The translations under genes were made by a program, and so were the position numbers. Below, one piece after another: positions 13,001-22,706 of a stretch of 64,000 nt of DNA. The notes under the pieces are model-generated. The model searched no databases. It was given only the letters and a program-made list of their open reading frames with translations, and was not told the DNA's origin. The DNA comes from Histomonas meleagridis 2922-C6/04-290x (taxonomy: Eukaryota > Protista > Parabasalia): positions 310,001 to 374,000 of the forward strand of contig JAANOX010000278.1 of the NCBI GenBank assembly GCA_020184695.1, given 5' to 3'. Position 1 is the first letter of the stretch; each line of letters opens with the position of its first letter.

Positions 13001-13845
13001 CGACGGATTATTTATACGCCGCTAAATTAATTAACCGCAAATTCATTTCAATCGATTCAATTAGCGGTGGTTTCATTCAAAAAATACCGGTTTTCACTTT
13101 CGGTAAACTTCACAAATTGGCGTTCTCAAGTCAGCACTTTTTGGTATGCGCTTCTTCATTTAAGAAGCTTCTTTTGTTCGATGCATCAACCGGTTATTTC
13201 ATCAGGAGCAAAGAACTTCCTGATACAATTAAACAGATTCAGTTTGATGAGGTTTATAATATCATATTTGTTATAACTGAAAATCAAATCTTCGCATTTC
13301 GCCTTGACCTTAAAGAAATAGCATCAGCAACTTACGAGATACCTTTCAATTGTATCTCTGCAACTAGTTCGTCACAATGGTATCGATATCCATTTGTTAT
13401 CGCGGGACATAATGACGGTAGTTGCTATATATGGCGCATAAGCTTCATGTCTGACGTCCCTACTTTTGAAAGCTTGTTCGTTTTCAAGGTTCAAGATTCT
13501 TCAATATCAATTATCAAAAGTTTCGACTCCGATAAGGCTATACTCGCAATGTGCGCTAATGGACAGTTATTCCTCGCTTCAGCTGCAATGGTAAGACATA
13601 AGTTACTTCGTTCAAAATATTTTTGCGAATGTCCATGTTGTGGTACGAAATCGCCAGCAAGTCTCTTTTGCTGTTCTGTGTGTGGTCTGTACTGTTGCAA
13701 GAGCTGTAGGATAAGTAGAATGCCAAATATATGCTCGAGATGCGCAAAATTCCAAGGCGATCTTATTGAAGAGTCAAGTGATTCATCAAATAGGAAAATA
13801 AGAAGAGAAAGCGTATACTCAGATAGCATTGGCAATGAAGTGTAA
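7066..13845 (+). CDS. Beige/BEACH-domain protein (ConA-like, PH, BEACH, WD-like repeats, C-terminal Cys-rich finger)
   Basis: BEACH motifs [70 protein letters not shown]. First ATG is at 7066. Confidence 0.95.
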   Translation: [2259 protein letters not shown]

Positions 13846-13883
13846 GTAAATATATAAAATCATGAAATAGTTTTAGTGCTCAC

Positions 13884-14455
13884 TCAATTTGTTTGTGATA
13901 TTTCTTGAAGTTTTTCTGTTTCATCATTCCGAATTATATTTGCAATTGGATTTGGATTATGTCCTTCTTTAATATGTTTTTTATGAAGTTCAAAATCATT
14001 TTTTGAAAGTTCTTCATAATTTTCTTTTATTTGAAGTTTAAACATACAGATTTTTTAAGTGATTGGGTTTATTAAAAAAACAAGATGTACAAAATATAAA
14101 ATATATATTTTATGATTTAATGAAATCAAATTCATTTCAAGCATTTTTTCAAAAATAAAATTTGATTCTTGTGAGTCTATATTAAGAAAAAAATTTCTAA
14201 ATGTTTTAATCAATTCAAAATTTTTTCATTTAATTCATTTTGCTTATTTTCTATCTTTTGAATAAAATTAAAATATATATTTAAATCTTTCATTTGTGAA
14301 AGAATTGATAAATATATTATTCTACTAAGAATCACCTTTGAATAAAATATAATATCATTATTATCTGTTAAATTTATGTTTTTACTAATACAATCTCGAA
14401 TGTTATTTTCACTCAAATCAAAAATAATTTCTTCATGTGATTTCAAAACTTGCAA
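13884..14455 (-). pseudogene. Decayed DUF3447/ankyrin-family gene fragment
   Basis: Stop-interrupted frames LKSHEEIIFDLSENNI... and FKLQIKENYEELSKNDFELHKKHIKEGHNPNPIANIIRNDETEKLQEISQTN*, resembling the N-terminal region of the parabasalid DUF3447-ankyrin family. Confidence 0.5.
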
Positions 14456-14578
14456 TGATAAAATGATCGATTATTTATTTATCCATTTATTTTTGCTAGT
14501 GTTTGTCCTCATTAAACTGATATTAAATTTACATAAAATATATAATATAATTTATTCATTGTATTACATTTTATTCAT

Positions 14579-16522
14579 TTAATCGACTTCTTCCACGCGT
14601 GGTCCTGATGAATGTCCACTATTTGCTGATGCTCCACTTCCTCCCTGCATGTTCGCGCCTGGCATTCCGCCTTGTGCGCCGCCTGCCGCATGTTGATAAG
14701 CTGCTTGCATAATTGGCATCAGTTTGCCTTCGAGTTCCTTCTGTTTCGCTTCGATTGTAGCGACGTCTGCGTCTTGGTTAGACTCCATCCATGCGAGCGT
14801 GTCATTGATTTCCTTGTTGATTGTATCCTTATCTGATTGTGACAATGCGTTAGCGAACTGCTCTTGATTTAATGAGTTGCGTACGCCGAAGCAGTATCCT
14901 TCGAGTGCGTTCTTCGCTTCCACTTTCTTACGTATTTCTTCATCTTGTGCTTTGTACTTCTCTGCGTCTGCAACCATTTTGTCGATATCTGCTTGTGAAA
15001 GACGTCCTTTCTCATTCTTAATCGTGATCTTCTTCACGTTACCTGTCGACTTATCTTGTGCCGAAACGTTCATAATACCATCCGCGTTAACATCGAATGT
15101 AACTTCAATCTGTGGTACGCCGCGTGGTGCTGGCGGAATGCCTGTTAAATCGAATGTACCGAGTAAGTTGTTGTCGCATGTTCGCGAACGTTCTCCTTCA
15201 TAAACTTTGATTGTAACTGCGGGCTGATTATCTGAGAATGTTGTGAAGACATTTGACTTCTTCGCTGGAATTGTTGTGTTACGTGGAATGAGCACTGTCA
15301 TCATTCCGCCAGCTGTTTCGATACCCAATGAAAGTGGTGCAACATCTAACAACAAAATATCTTTCACTGTGTCTGATGTATCACCTTTGATAATTGCTGC
15401 TTGGACTGCTGCACCGTATGCAACTGCTTCATCAGGATCAACACCACGGCATGGCTGCTTGCCATTAAAGAAGTCTTGTAGCAATTGCTGAACACGTGGA
15501 ATACGTGACGAACCTCCAACTAAAACTATATCAGTGACATCTGACTTCGACATGTTTGCATCCCTTAAAACTTGTGCGACAGGGTTCATTGTTGACCTGA
15601 AAAGTTCATCATTTAAGTTCTCGAACATTGCACGTGAGATGTTATCCATAAAGTCGTGGCCTTCATATAATGAATCACAAACAATTGATGCGGATGTGGC
15701 TGTGGATAATGTTCGCTTAGCTCGTTCGCATGCTGTTCGTAATGTACGTAATGCACGTGGCGATTGCCTTAAGTCACATTTGAACTTCTTTTGGAATCGA
15801 TCTGCAAAGTAATTAACCATACGATTATCAAAGTCTTCACCGCCAAGATGTGTATCGCCTGCTGTGGCACGCACTTCGAACATGCCGCCATCGATATCAA
15901 GTAATGAAACATCAAATGTACCGCCGCCAAGATCAAATATTAAAACATGACGCTCTTTATCGGATTTCTCGTTAAGACCAAATGCAATTGCGGCGGCTGT
16001 TGGCTCATTGATAATACGTAATACATTTAATCCTGCAATAACACCTGCATCTTTTGTGGCTTGACGTTGACCATCGTTGAAATATGCTGGAACTGTAATG
16101 ACTGCATCTTTGACTTTGTCTGTAAGTTGACTTTCTGCAATTTCTTTCATTTTACCTAAAACCATAGCTGAGATTTCTTCTGGATAAAATTGTTTTGTTT
16201 CACCTTTCCATTGGACTTGAATTCTCGGACGATCTGCTTCGCCACGTACAACTTTAAATGGCCAATGTTGCATATCTTTTTGAACAACTGGATCACTAAA
16301 TTTACGTCCAATCATACGCTTGGCATCAAATACTGTGTTTGTTGGATTCATGGCTGCTTGGTTCTTTGCAGCATCACCAACAAGTCTTTCGTCTTCTGTA
16401 AATGCAACATAAGATGGTGTTGTACGATTACCCATATCATTTGCTATAATATCAACACGATTGTGTCTGAAAACACCAACGCAACTGTATGTTGTACCTA
16501 AATCAATACCTATAGCTGACAT
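14579..16522 (-). CDS. HSP70: Cytosolic heat shock protein 70
   Basis: [43 protein letters not shown]-rich tail ending GPRVEEVD. Confidence 0.99.
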   Translation of the reverse strand: MSAIGIDLGTTYSCVGVFRHNRVDIIANDMGNRTTPSYVAFTEDERLVGDAAKNQAAMNPTNTVFDAKRMIGRKFSDPVVQKDMQHWPFKVVRGEADRPRIQVQWKGETKQFYPEEISAMVLGKMKEIAESQLTDKVKDAVITVPAYFNDGQRQATKDAGVIAGLNVLRIINEPTAAAIAFGLNEKSDKERHVLIFDLGGGTFDVSLLDIDGGMFEVRATAGDTHLGGEDFDNRMVNYFADRFQKKFKCDLRQSPRALRTLRTACERAKRTLSTATSASIVCDSLYEGHDFMDNISRAMFENLNDELFRSTMNPVAQVLRDANMSKSDVTDIVLVGGSSRIPRVQQLLQDFFNGKQPCRGVDPDEAVAYGAAVQAAIIKGDTSDTVKDILLLDVAPLSLGIETAGGMMTVLIPRNTTIPAKKSNVFTTFSDNQPAVTIKVYEGERSRTCDNNLLGTFDLTGIPPAPRGVPQIEVTFDVNADGIMNVSAQDKSTGNVKKITIKNEKGRLSQADIDKMVADAEKYKAQDEEIRKKVEAKNALEGYCFGVRNSLNQEQFANALSQSDKDTINKEINDTLAWMESNQDADVATIEAKQKELEGKLMPIMQAAYQHAAGGAQGGMPGANMQGGSGASANSGHSSGPRVEEVD

Positions 16523-16527
16523 AATAA

Positions 16528-16535
16528 AAAAATGA
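16528..16535 (-). promoter_or_regulatory. Initiator element (TCATTTTT) of HSP70
   Basis: The minus strand reads gaTCATTTTTTTattATG. Confidence 0.6.
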
Positions 16536-16974
16536 TCTTATGAAGGCATTTTTTATTTGAGCATTTATTGATTCAAATTATGTATTCGACCATTTAAAGT
16601 ATTCAAAAAATTAGAAGGACGTTTAACACGGACTGCCCCAAGAAGTAATCAATCTTGTAATAAAACTTTCATGATTATGTTTTAATTTGGATTATATTTT
16701 ATGTGAAATTAACTATATTATAATGAATTTATAAAAATAACTTACTTTTAAAAAAATCATTTTCATACTTAAACAAAAATTACTTGAATACATGCAATGG
16801 CAATAACAAGCAGGCTTGAATACCAATTTGAAGCATCCCAATAAACGTTCACAATGATAACAAATTCAATAAAATATAATACTTGAAAATTGTATGAAAA
16901 CGTTTGGTAATAACGGTCGAATGACTATTTAAAATTTTGAATTATTTTTAATCGTTCGAGCTTTCTTCTGGTTT

Positions 16975-17223
16975 ATGAATTCCTATTTCCCACCCAACAA
17001 TGATTTACACAAAGTTTTTCTAGAACGGCCTAATTCCTTCGACTTTAGAGGGAAAAAGGAAAGAATAGAAAAGCACCAGCATTATCAAAATGATTATTAT
17101 TTTTCAGAAATAAGTCAAAAAGATATTAACCTAGCCCTTGAAGCAATAAAAAATAGTTCTAATGCAATAGAAATAATGCCTGCTCCGAAACAAGAGTTAA
17201 ATCCAGATCAATATTGGGATTAA
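16975..17223 (+). CDS. Small hypothetical protein
   Basis: 82-aa ATG-initiated ORF with plausible composition and a stop in TAAA context; no recognisable motif. Confidence 0.45.
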   Translation: MNSYFPPNNDLHKVFLERPNSFDFRGKKERIEKHQHYQNDYYFSEISQKDINLALEAIKNSSNAIEIMPAPKQELNPDQYWD

Positions 17224-17655
17224 ATGTTTTTTCCAAAAGCATTCGTATTGTACTAACCCTACTATTTTCATGTATGCAAACATCAGCGATGATTAAGTTT
17301 CATTATTTATCACTTTTTATTTTGTATGAGTAAATGTATTATTTTTAATTTTTTAAAAAACAAGTTTCATATGTTTCTAAGTTAATGTATAATTGATATG
17401 CTTAGAATAGAAGTGATGATTTAGAAGATCTGAGCTTAATAAATTTTACACAAAGATGTAATTTCATCAACTGTGTTGTTAATAAAATGACAATACTTTC
17501 AAAATTATCTCATTATTGAAATATAGCTTGTTTCTATATGCTAAATTAAAATAATTTAACTAAGACTATAATAATTTAATGAAAATTTAAAAGCAATTTT
17601 TTATTTTTTCTTGTTGGTAAAAGGGAATCTTTTTTAATGAAATAATTACATAAAC

Positions 17656-19590
17656 TTAATTTTGATTGAAGTCATCATCAAATGGATCATCTTGAGCCAT
17701 ATTGTAAAGAGGATTATGATGTTCAATTTGTACTTGATTTTCTGGTACAAACTCACTTACCATTTCAGCTTGTGGATGTGACTTAGAAAATATGATTAGC
17801 AATGTGATTAATGTAATTACTAATGCAATAACAGCAGCAGCAATGAGTGAATATATCATTATTGATTTTTTGGTTGACTTTCCCTTATCTTTTACTTGCC
17901 AATTCTCAGAAATAAATGATTTTGGACTTTTCTTATCATTAGAAGTAGAATTTTTTGTAGGAAGAGAATGAGGAATTGGTGAATTACTTATATTTAATGA
18001 TCTAGGTATTCGTGTATTATTTGAAGTAGATATGGTGGAAATATTCTCTTCATTCAATGTAATATACATAGACTTGGTATTAATTAAGTTTTGAGCTTGA
18101 ATATATAAAGATGAAATCTCACCAACATTCTCGGCACCGTCTATTGCAGCAACATGTACATATACTCCTGTTTGAATTTGATCATCTGAAAGTGGGATAA
18201 CAGGTCCAGTTACACAATTTATTAAATCATCAAATGATGGTTTTGCATTATTTGAAATTGCATATTTATATTTTTGCACCCCTGTAATTGCATGAACATC
18301 GACAGCATTTGATTGTGCAATAAATATATCATTTGCTTCAAAATAAGCTTCAACCATATACTTATAGTTTGATCCCAAATCAGTGGATTTAATTTTTACA
18401 AATTTTGTCCCTAGATCAAAATTTAGGGAATTAATGATAGGTGATGCGAGATCTCGTGATGAATGTTCGATTAGATTATTATCAGTTGTCCTTTGTTTTA
18501 AATAATAAATTGTGTTTGCAATTATTTTTCTTTCGTCTTCAGTTGAGTTACAATTGCTATGCCCGGTTTGAATCATTGCAGTGTTATTTTTTGTTGTAAG
18601 ATAAAATCCTAATATATCCCCTATTTCGTTATAATAGATTCTATCATTAAATGTAAACCAGACATCACCTGAAGCTGCTTGATCTGTAGAGTGAGTAAAA
18701 GGAATACTTAATCTATCCCCGATATCGCCAATTTCATATGGATAATCTGTTAATAATCCTTTCTTTTGTATTGAAATGTTCTTACCTTCATCATGAAAAT
18801 ACCTTAATATAATCTTTTTACCAGTTTTTGGATCAATATAATAATCATCAGCTTGTAGTATTTTGATTCCGAATAAATCTCTGATTGCCACTAAACTTTC
18901 AGCTTTTTTTTTATAGAAATCATCAGAAATTATATCATGTCCAACTAACACTCCATATCCTTTTTTAATATATTGACTAATAATTCCTTTGGCTGTTTCT
19001 GTCTTAATGGAATATATTCCATTGGCATCCCATGTTCCAAAAACCACTACATCATATTTATAAATAAAATTTGGATCTTTTTCCACATTATCTTCAAAAT
19101 CATTAATAGAAATAGGTTCAACAAATATTAATTGTTTTCCGGTTTCATGGTCAATTCCATAAGGATCAAATTCCATTAATTCATCGCCTTTTTTTACTGT
19201 ACCACCTTCCATCCAAACTTTTAATGCTGCTGACATAGGTAAATTATATGGTTTTGCATTATTACCGAAAGTAAATGTAGCATTGTAAGTTAGATAACCT
19301 AGCACATCTCCAGAGTTAGATTTTACTCCTTTATATGAATTTTCAAAGCTTGGATATACATTTAATACATTTACAGGGTTTCCATGTTGATATGTGCTTA
19401 TTTGTTTCCATTCTGACCATTTACCATTTGAATTCTGACTCTTTTGGAATAGCTTATAATACACTTTATGTTTTGATAGATCTGTCCAAGTAAGATGTGC
19501 CAGTCCTTTACCATATGTTTGTGTGGGTTCAAATATTGCGTTTAATTTAATATTAATAGATGATGTTAAAACAATAAGAATCCCAAGCAT
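17656..19590 (-). CDS. Type I membrane surface protein with a bacterial-like ectodomain and NPxY/acidic cytosolic tail
   Basis: N-terminal signal MLGILIVLTSS. Core motifs YDVVVFGTWDANG, VLVGHD, IQTGHS...DERKIIANTIYYLKQ. TM IMIYSLIAAAVIALVITLITLLIIF. Tail NPLY...DDPFDDDF. Confidence 0.85.
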   Translation of the reverse strand: MLGILIVLTSSINIKLNAIFEPTQTYGKGLAHLTWTDLSKHKVYYKLFQKSQNSNGKWSEWKQISTYQHGNPVNVLNVYPSFENSYKGVKSNSGDVLGYLTYNATFTFGNNAKPYNLPMSAALKVWMEGGTVKKGDELMEFDPYGIDHETGKQLIFVEPISINDFEDNVEKDPNFIYKYDVVVFGTWDANGIYSIKTETAKGIISQYIKKGYGVLVGHDIISDDFYKKKAESLVAIRDLFGIKILQADDYYIDPKTGKKIILRYFHDEGKNISIQKKGLLTDYPYEIGDIGDRLSIPFTHSTDQAASGDVWFTFNDRIYYNEIGDILGFYLTTKNNTAMIQTGHSNCNSTEDERKIIANTIYYLKQRTTDNNLIEHSSRDLASPIINSLNFDLGTKFVKIKSTDLGSNYKYMVEAYFEANDIFIAQSNAVDVHAITGVQKYKYAISNNAKPSFDDLINCVTGPVIPLSDDQIQTGVYVHVAAIDGAENVGEISSLYIQAQNLINTKSMYITLNEENISTISTSNNTRIPRSLNISNSPIPHSLPTKNSTSNDKKSPKSFISENWQVKDKGKSTKKSIMIYSLIAAAVIALVITLITLLIIFSKSHPQAEMVSEFVPENQVQIEHHNPLYNMAQDDPFDDDFNQN

Positions 19591-20351
19591 ATTTTAAAAA
19601 AATTGCAAAAATAAATTAAAGTAATGTTTTTTTAAATATGTTCATAAAAATTCTTATAAGAATTAATTAAGTTAAAATTGAATAATAAATCTTATATAAT
19701 TTCCGACAACCTAGAAAAAACGAATAGAAAAAAAAGCTTTTTTAGTTTAGTATGTTTATATAATTTTATATTGATAACATTAAAATATTTTGAGTCAATG
19801 AAAAGTGTTTTTTCTCAATTTTTGATATATAATTTGTTTCTCTAAACAATTCTAAGATTTAGTTTAATATATTTATAAACATGTTACCTCTATATACAGA
19901 TTACAATAAAACAAATTTTATTTTATATTTTAATGTTGGAGTTTTATTGCAAAAATCAAGCTATGCTTTGTTCAACTTAAAACAAAGACTATAAGAAATA
20001 TCACAATACTTCATTTTACAGTTCATGTATAGCAGAATTCCCAAAATTGAAGTATCAATTCATGGTTGGAGATTGATAAGAAAGTGTGTCGACAAAACAA
20101 AAAAATCGTAATATATATATTGCTTTCTTTAAAACCAAAGGTAAAAAGATATAATAAAACAAATGAGAATTTTATCATCATAAATTGATAATCACTTCTT
20201 CAACATATGAAGTTTACTCACAATAATGATCATAAAAGAAAATTCTTTGTGAGGAAGCATATATAAATTCTTTATGAGGAACAATATTTAAAAAATATTT
20301 GTATAGTTCACATTCCTCCAATAAATAAAATTTTCATATAAAATATTTATT

Positions 20352-20830
20352 AACTTATTTCAACAGAAGAAGTTTATTCATCTTCAATGTTGTTATTGTT
20401 GTATTTCTTTTTATGACGTATAACCAAAACAACAACAACAACTGACGCACAGATGCACACTGCATTTGCAGCCTTGTTGTTTAAGCTTTTAGCTGAGCCA
20501 TGTCCATTGAATTTACACTTTTAATATTTGGCTAAACTCTTTCATGTACTCCTTTCACGAGCAGCTCGTGTCCGCATAAGTTTAACTCTTGAGCGCATCT
20601 TTCGCATTTTGCTTTAGTTTAATGATTGAGTCAATTGATTCTTTGTGATTTGCATTGTTAATTCTTTTTCCATAGTTCTTTTTATTTTATTCACTAAGGT
20701 ATGTCAATGATTTAAAATGTTGTCATTACTTCTTATTTGATGTATCTTTAAGTTCTTCATCTTTAGCTTTGGCTTCTTCTATAATTGAACCATAATACTT
20801 AGTAAATACATTTTCTTCTGAATAAAAATA
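20352..20830 (-). pseudogene. Possible decayed membrane-protein gene
   Basis: Stop-interrupted coding-like frames ending AANAVCICASVVVVVLVIRHKKKYNNNNIEDE* (TM plus basic stop-transfer). A minus-strand TCACTTTT Inr lies at about 20893-20900. Confidence 0.3.
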
Positions 20831-20938
20831 TCTTTAATTGGTTCTTGTTCAGTAATTACGATATTTATTATAAACCTAAATTTTAGGACAGTAAAAGTGA
20901 CGGCAGTTGTAACGGTTATGGTCTTTCTTTCAGACCCA

Positions 20939-21112
20939 ATGCCAGCTAATTTTGTTCCAAAACACAACCGTGAGCATGCTAAAGGCTCTTTCGAACGTGG
21001 CTGCCGCTGCTGCCAACGTCGTCGTGGTGTTATCCGTAGCTATGGAATTAACATGTGCAGAAGATGTTTCCGCGAACGTGCTCATCTCCTTGGATTCAAG
21101 AAATATGACTAA
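20939..21112 (+). CDS. RPS29: 40S ribosomal protein S29 (uS14)
   Basis: CRCC...GVIRSYGINMCRRCFRE...GFKKYD. The ATG at 20939 gives 57 aa; an alternative ATG is at 20918. Confidence 0.95.
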   Translation: MPANFVPKHNREHAKGSFERGCRCCQRRRGVIRSYGINMCRRCFRERAHLLGFKKYD

Positions 21113-21305
21113 ACAGACCAATTACTAGGCATTCCGTTCTTATTATTTTCTGATCTTTTTTTATTATTTTATTTCATGAAATAATTCTTGATATCAATAA
21201 TTCTTTTTTATTTCTAACAATTTTATGTTTTTAAAAGCTTGCTTTAAAATACATTTTTTTGGAAAACGAATTGAATTTTCAAGAAAAACATTTGTTATCT
21301 GTAAC

Positions 21306-22628
21306 TTATAATGTTTTATTTAAACTTTTCTGAATTATATCAATATTAATTTTGATGAAATTTTGCTCAAAGTTTTCAAGGCTGAACTTTTGGGATTCTT
21401 TTCTGAATCTTATTCTGACATCATCTGAATGATCATTTAGAGCTCTTTCCAACTTTTCAACATACTCATCGCATGTCAATGCCAAATAATTTGTGTCCTT
21501 AACAATATCCATAAGAGGGCCTGCGCTTCTATTAGAAATTGGAATCAATCCAGCTGCCATATATTCAACAACACAAATACCGAAATGTTCATCACGCATT
21601 GTGTGAAGTCCAATATCTGCTTTCCTAAGTAATTGTTTCAGCTGTTCATATGGAACATTTGGACATAATTCAACTTTCAGCTTTTTTTCGTCTATCACCT
21701 TTTGTAAATCATTCAATAATAAACGGTCTATTTCATTTCTACAACCGCCGACGATAACCAAATGAGCTTTTTCATTAATTTTGGAAAGCTTTTCCATAAT
21801 TTCTAACTGTAAGAAATAATTTTTTTCAGGACGGAATTGCCCAACACTCAAAATGAATCCTTTTTCACGATTTTCTATTGGGAATTCTCCAAATTGTCTA
21901 CAATCACATGGAGGATAAAGAATTACAGGCTTTTTCCCATAGATAGACTCAATGTGATTTGATGTCCATGTTGAATTTACCATTGTTATATCCATGAACT
22001 TACTTGTTAACGAATAGAAGAAACATAATATGCGATAATAAAGAATCTTAATATTTGTTAAAAATGATGACTTTGCGATTTCTTGATCATTGTTGAATGA
22101 CGTTTCATTACTTTTTACTTTTGAGAGCATGTCTGTTGAAATGTATGGATAATGAATATAAAAAATAACAGTACAGCCACCAAAGAGTTTCCAAACAAAG
22201 GAAGCAAATGGTGCACCAGTAGTGTCTATAACAACACTTGGAACTTCTTTCATTAGACACTTAAATACATATACAATAGAACTTAATGCTTGCATTATTA
22301 AAGTAAATCTGGGATACCTGCCTGGCTTTATGAAATCAGCTGTTCCTACGTTTATAAATCGTAAGTGAGAAGGAATTACCATATCGAAACTCTTGAATAT
22401 TTTTTCTTTTGCTTGGTCATATGTACATTCTTGGGAATAAATTGCAATATCTATGTTTTTATCTTTAAGAGAATCAACAGCAGCCCAGAGAACGCGTTCT
22501 CCTCCTGCACAATCAAGACAATTTGGATGGAAGAAAACTACCGAATTTTTCTTTTTTCGACGGAAATATAAAGCTGCCATTATAGAAAGAATAATTGGAA
22601 GTAATAAAACACATATTAATATAATCAT
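21306..22628 (-). CDS. ALG11: GDP-Man:Man3GlcNAc2-PP-Dol alpha-1,2-mannosyltransferase
   Basis: N-terminal TM; FFHPNCLDCAGGERVLW, YIHYPYISTDML, VNSTWT, GQFRPEKN, GLHTMRDEHFGICVVEYMAAGLIP. Confidence 0.95.
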   Translation of the reverse strand: MIILICVLLLPIILSIMAALYFRRKKKNSVVFFHPNCLDCAGGERVLWAAVDSLKDKNIDIAIYSQECTYDQAKEKIFKSFDMVIPSHLRFINVGTADFIKPGRYPRFTLIMQALSSIVYVFKCLMKEVPSVVIDTTGAPFASFVWKLFGGCTVIFYIHYPYISTDMLSKVKSNETSFNNDQEIAKSSFLTNIKILYYRILCFFYSLTSKFMDITMVNSTWTSNHIESIYGKKPVILYPPCDCRQFGEFPIENREKGFILSVGQFRPEKNYFLQLEIMEKLSKINEKAHLVIVGGCRNEIDRLLLNDLQKVIDEKKLKVELCPNVPYEQLKQLLRKADIGLHTMRDEHFGICVVEYMAAGLIPISNRSAGPLMDIVKDTNYLALTCDEYVEKLERALNDHSDDVRIRFRKESQKFSLENFEQNFIKINIDIIQKSLNKTL

Positions 22629-22706
22629 GTTTCAAGTATTTGTCCAGAAGCTAACAAAACAAAGATAGTCAATTACCTCCTTTTACAAAAAGAAAAATTT
22701 TTCCAA

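Noticed and set aside
14877-16501. Antisense ORFs over HSP70, and similar shadow ORFs over the BEACH, RPL19 and other genes
   Set aside because: These are expected shadow frames of highly biased coding sequence and carry no independent motifs
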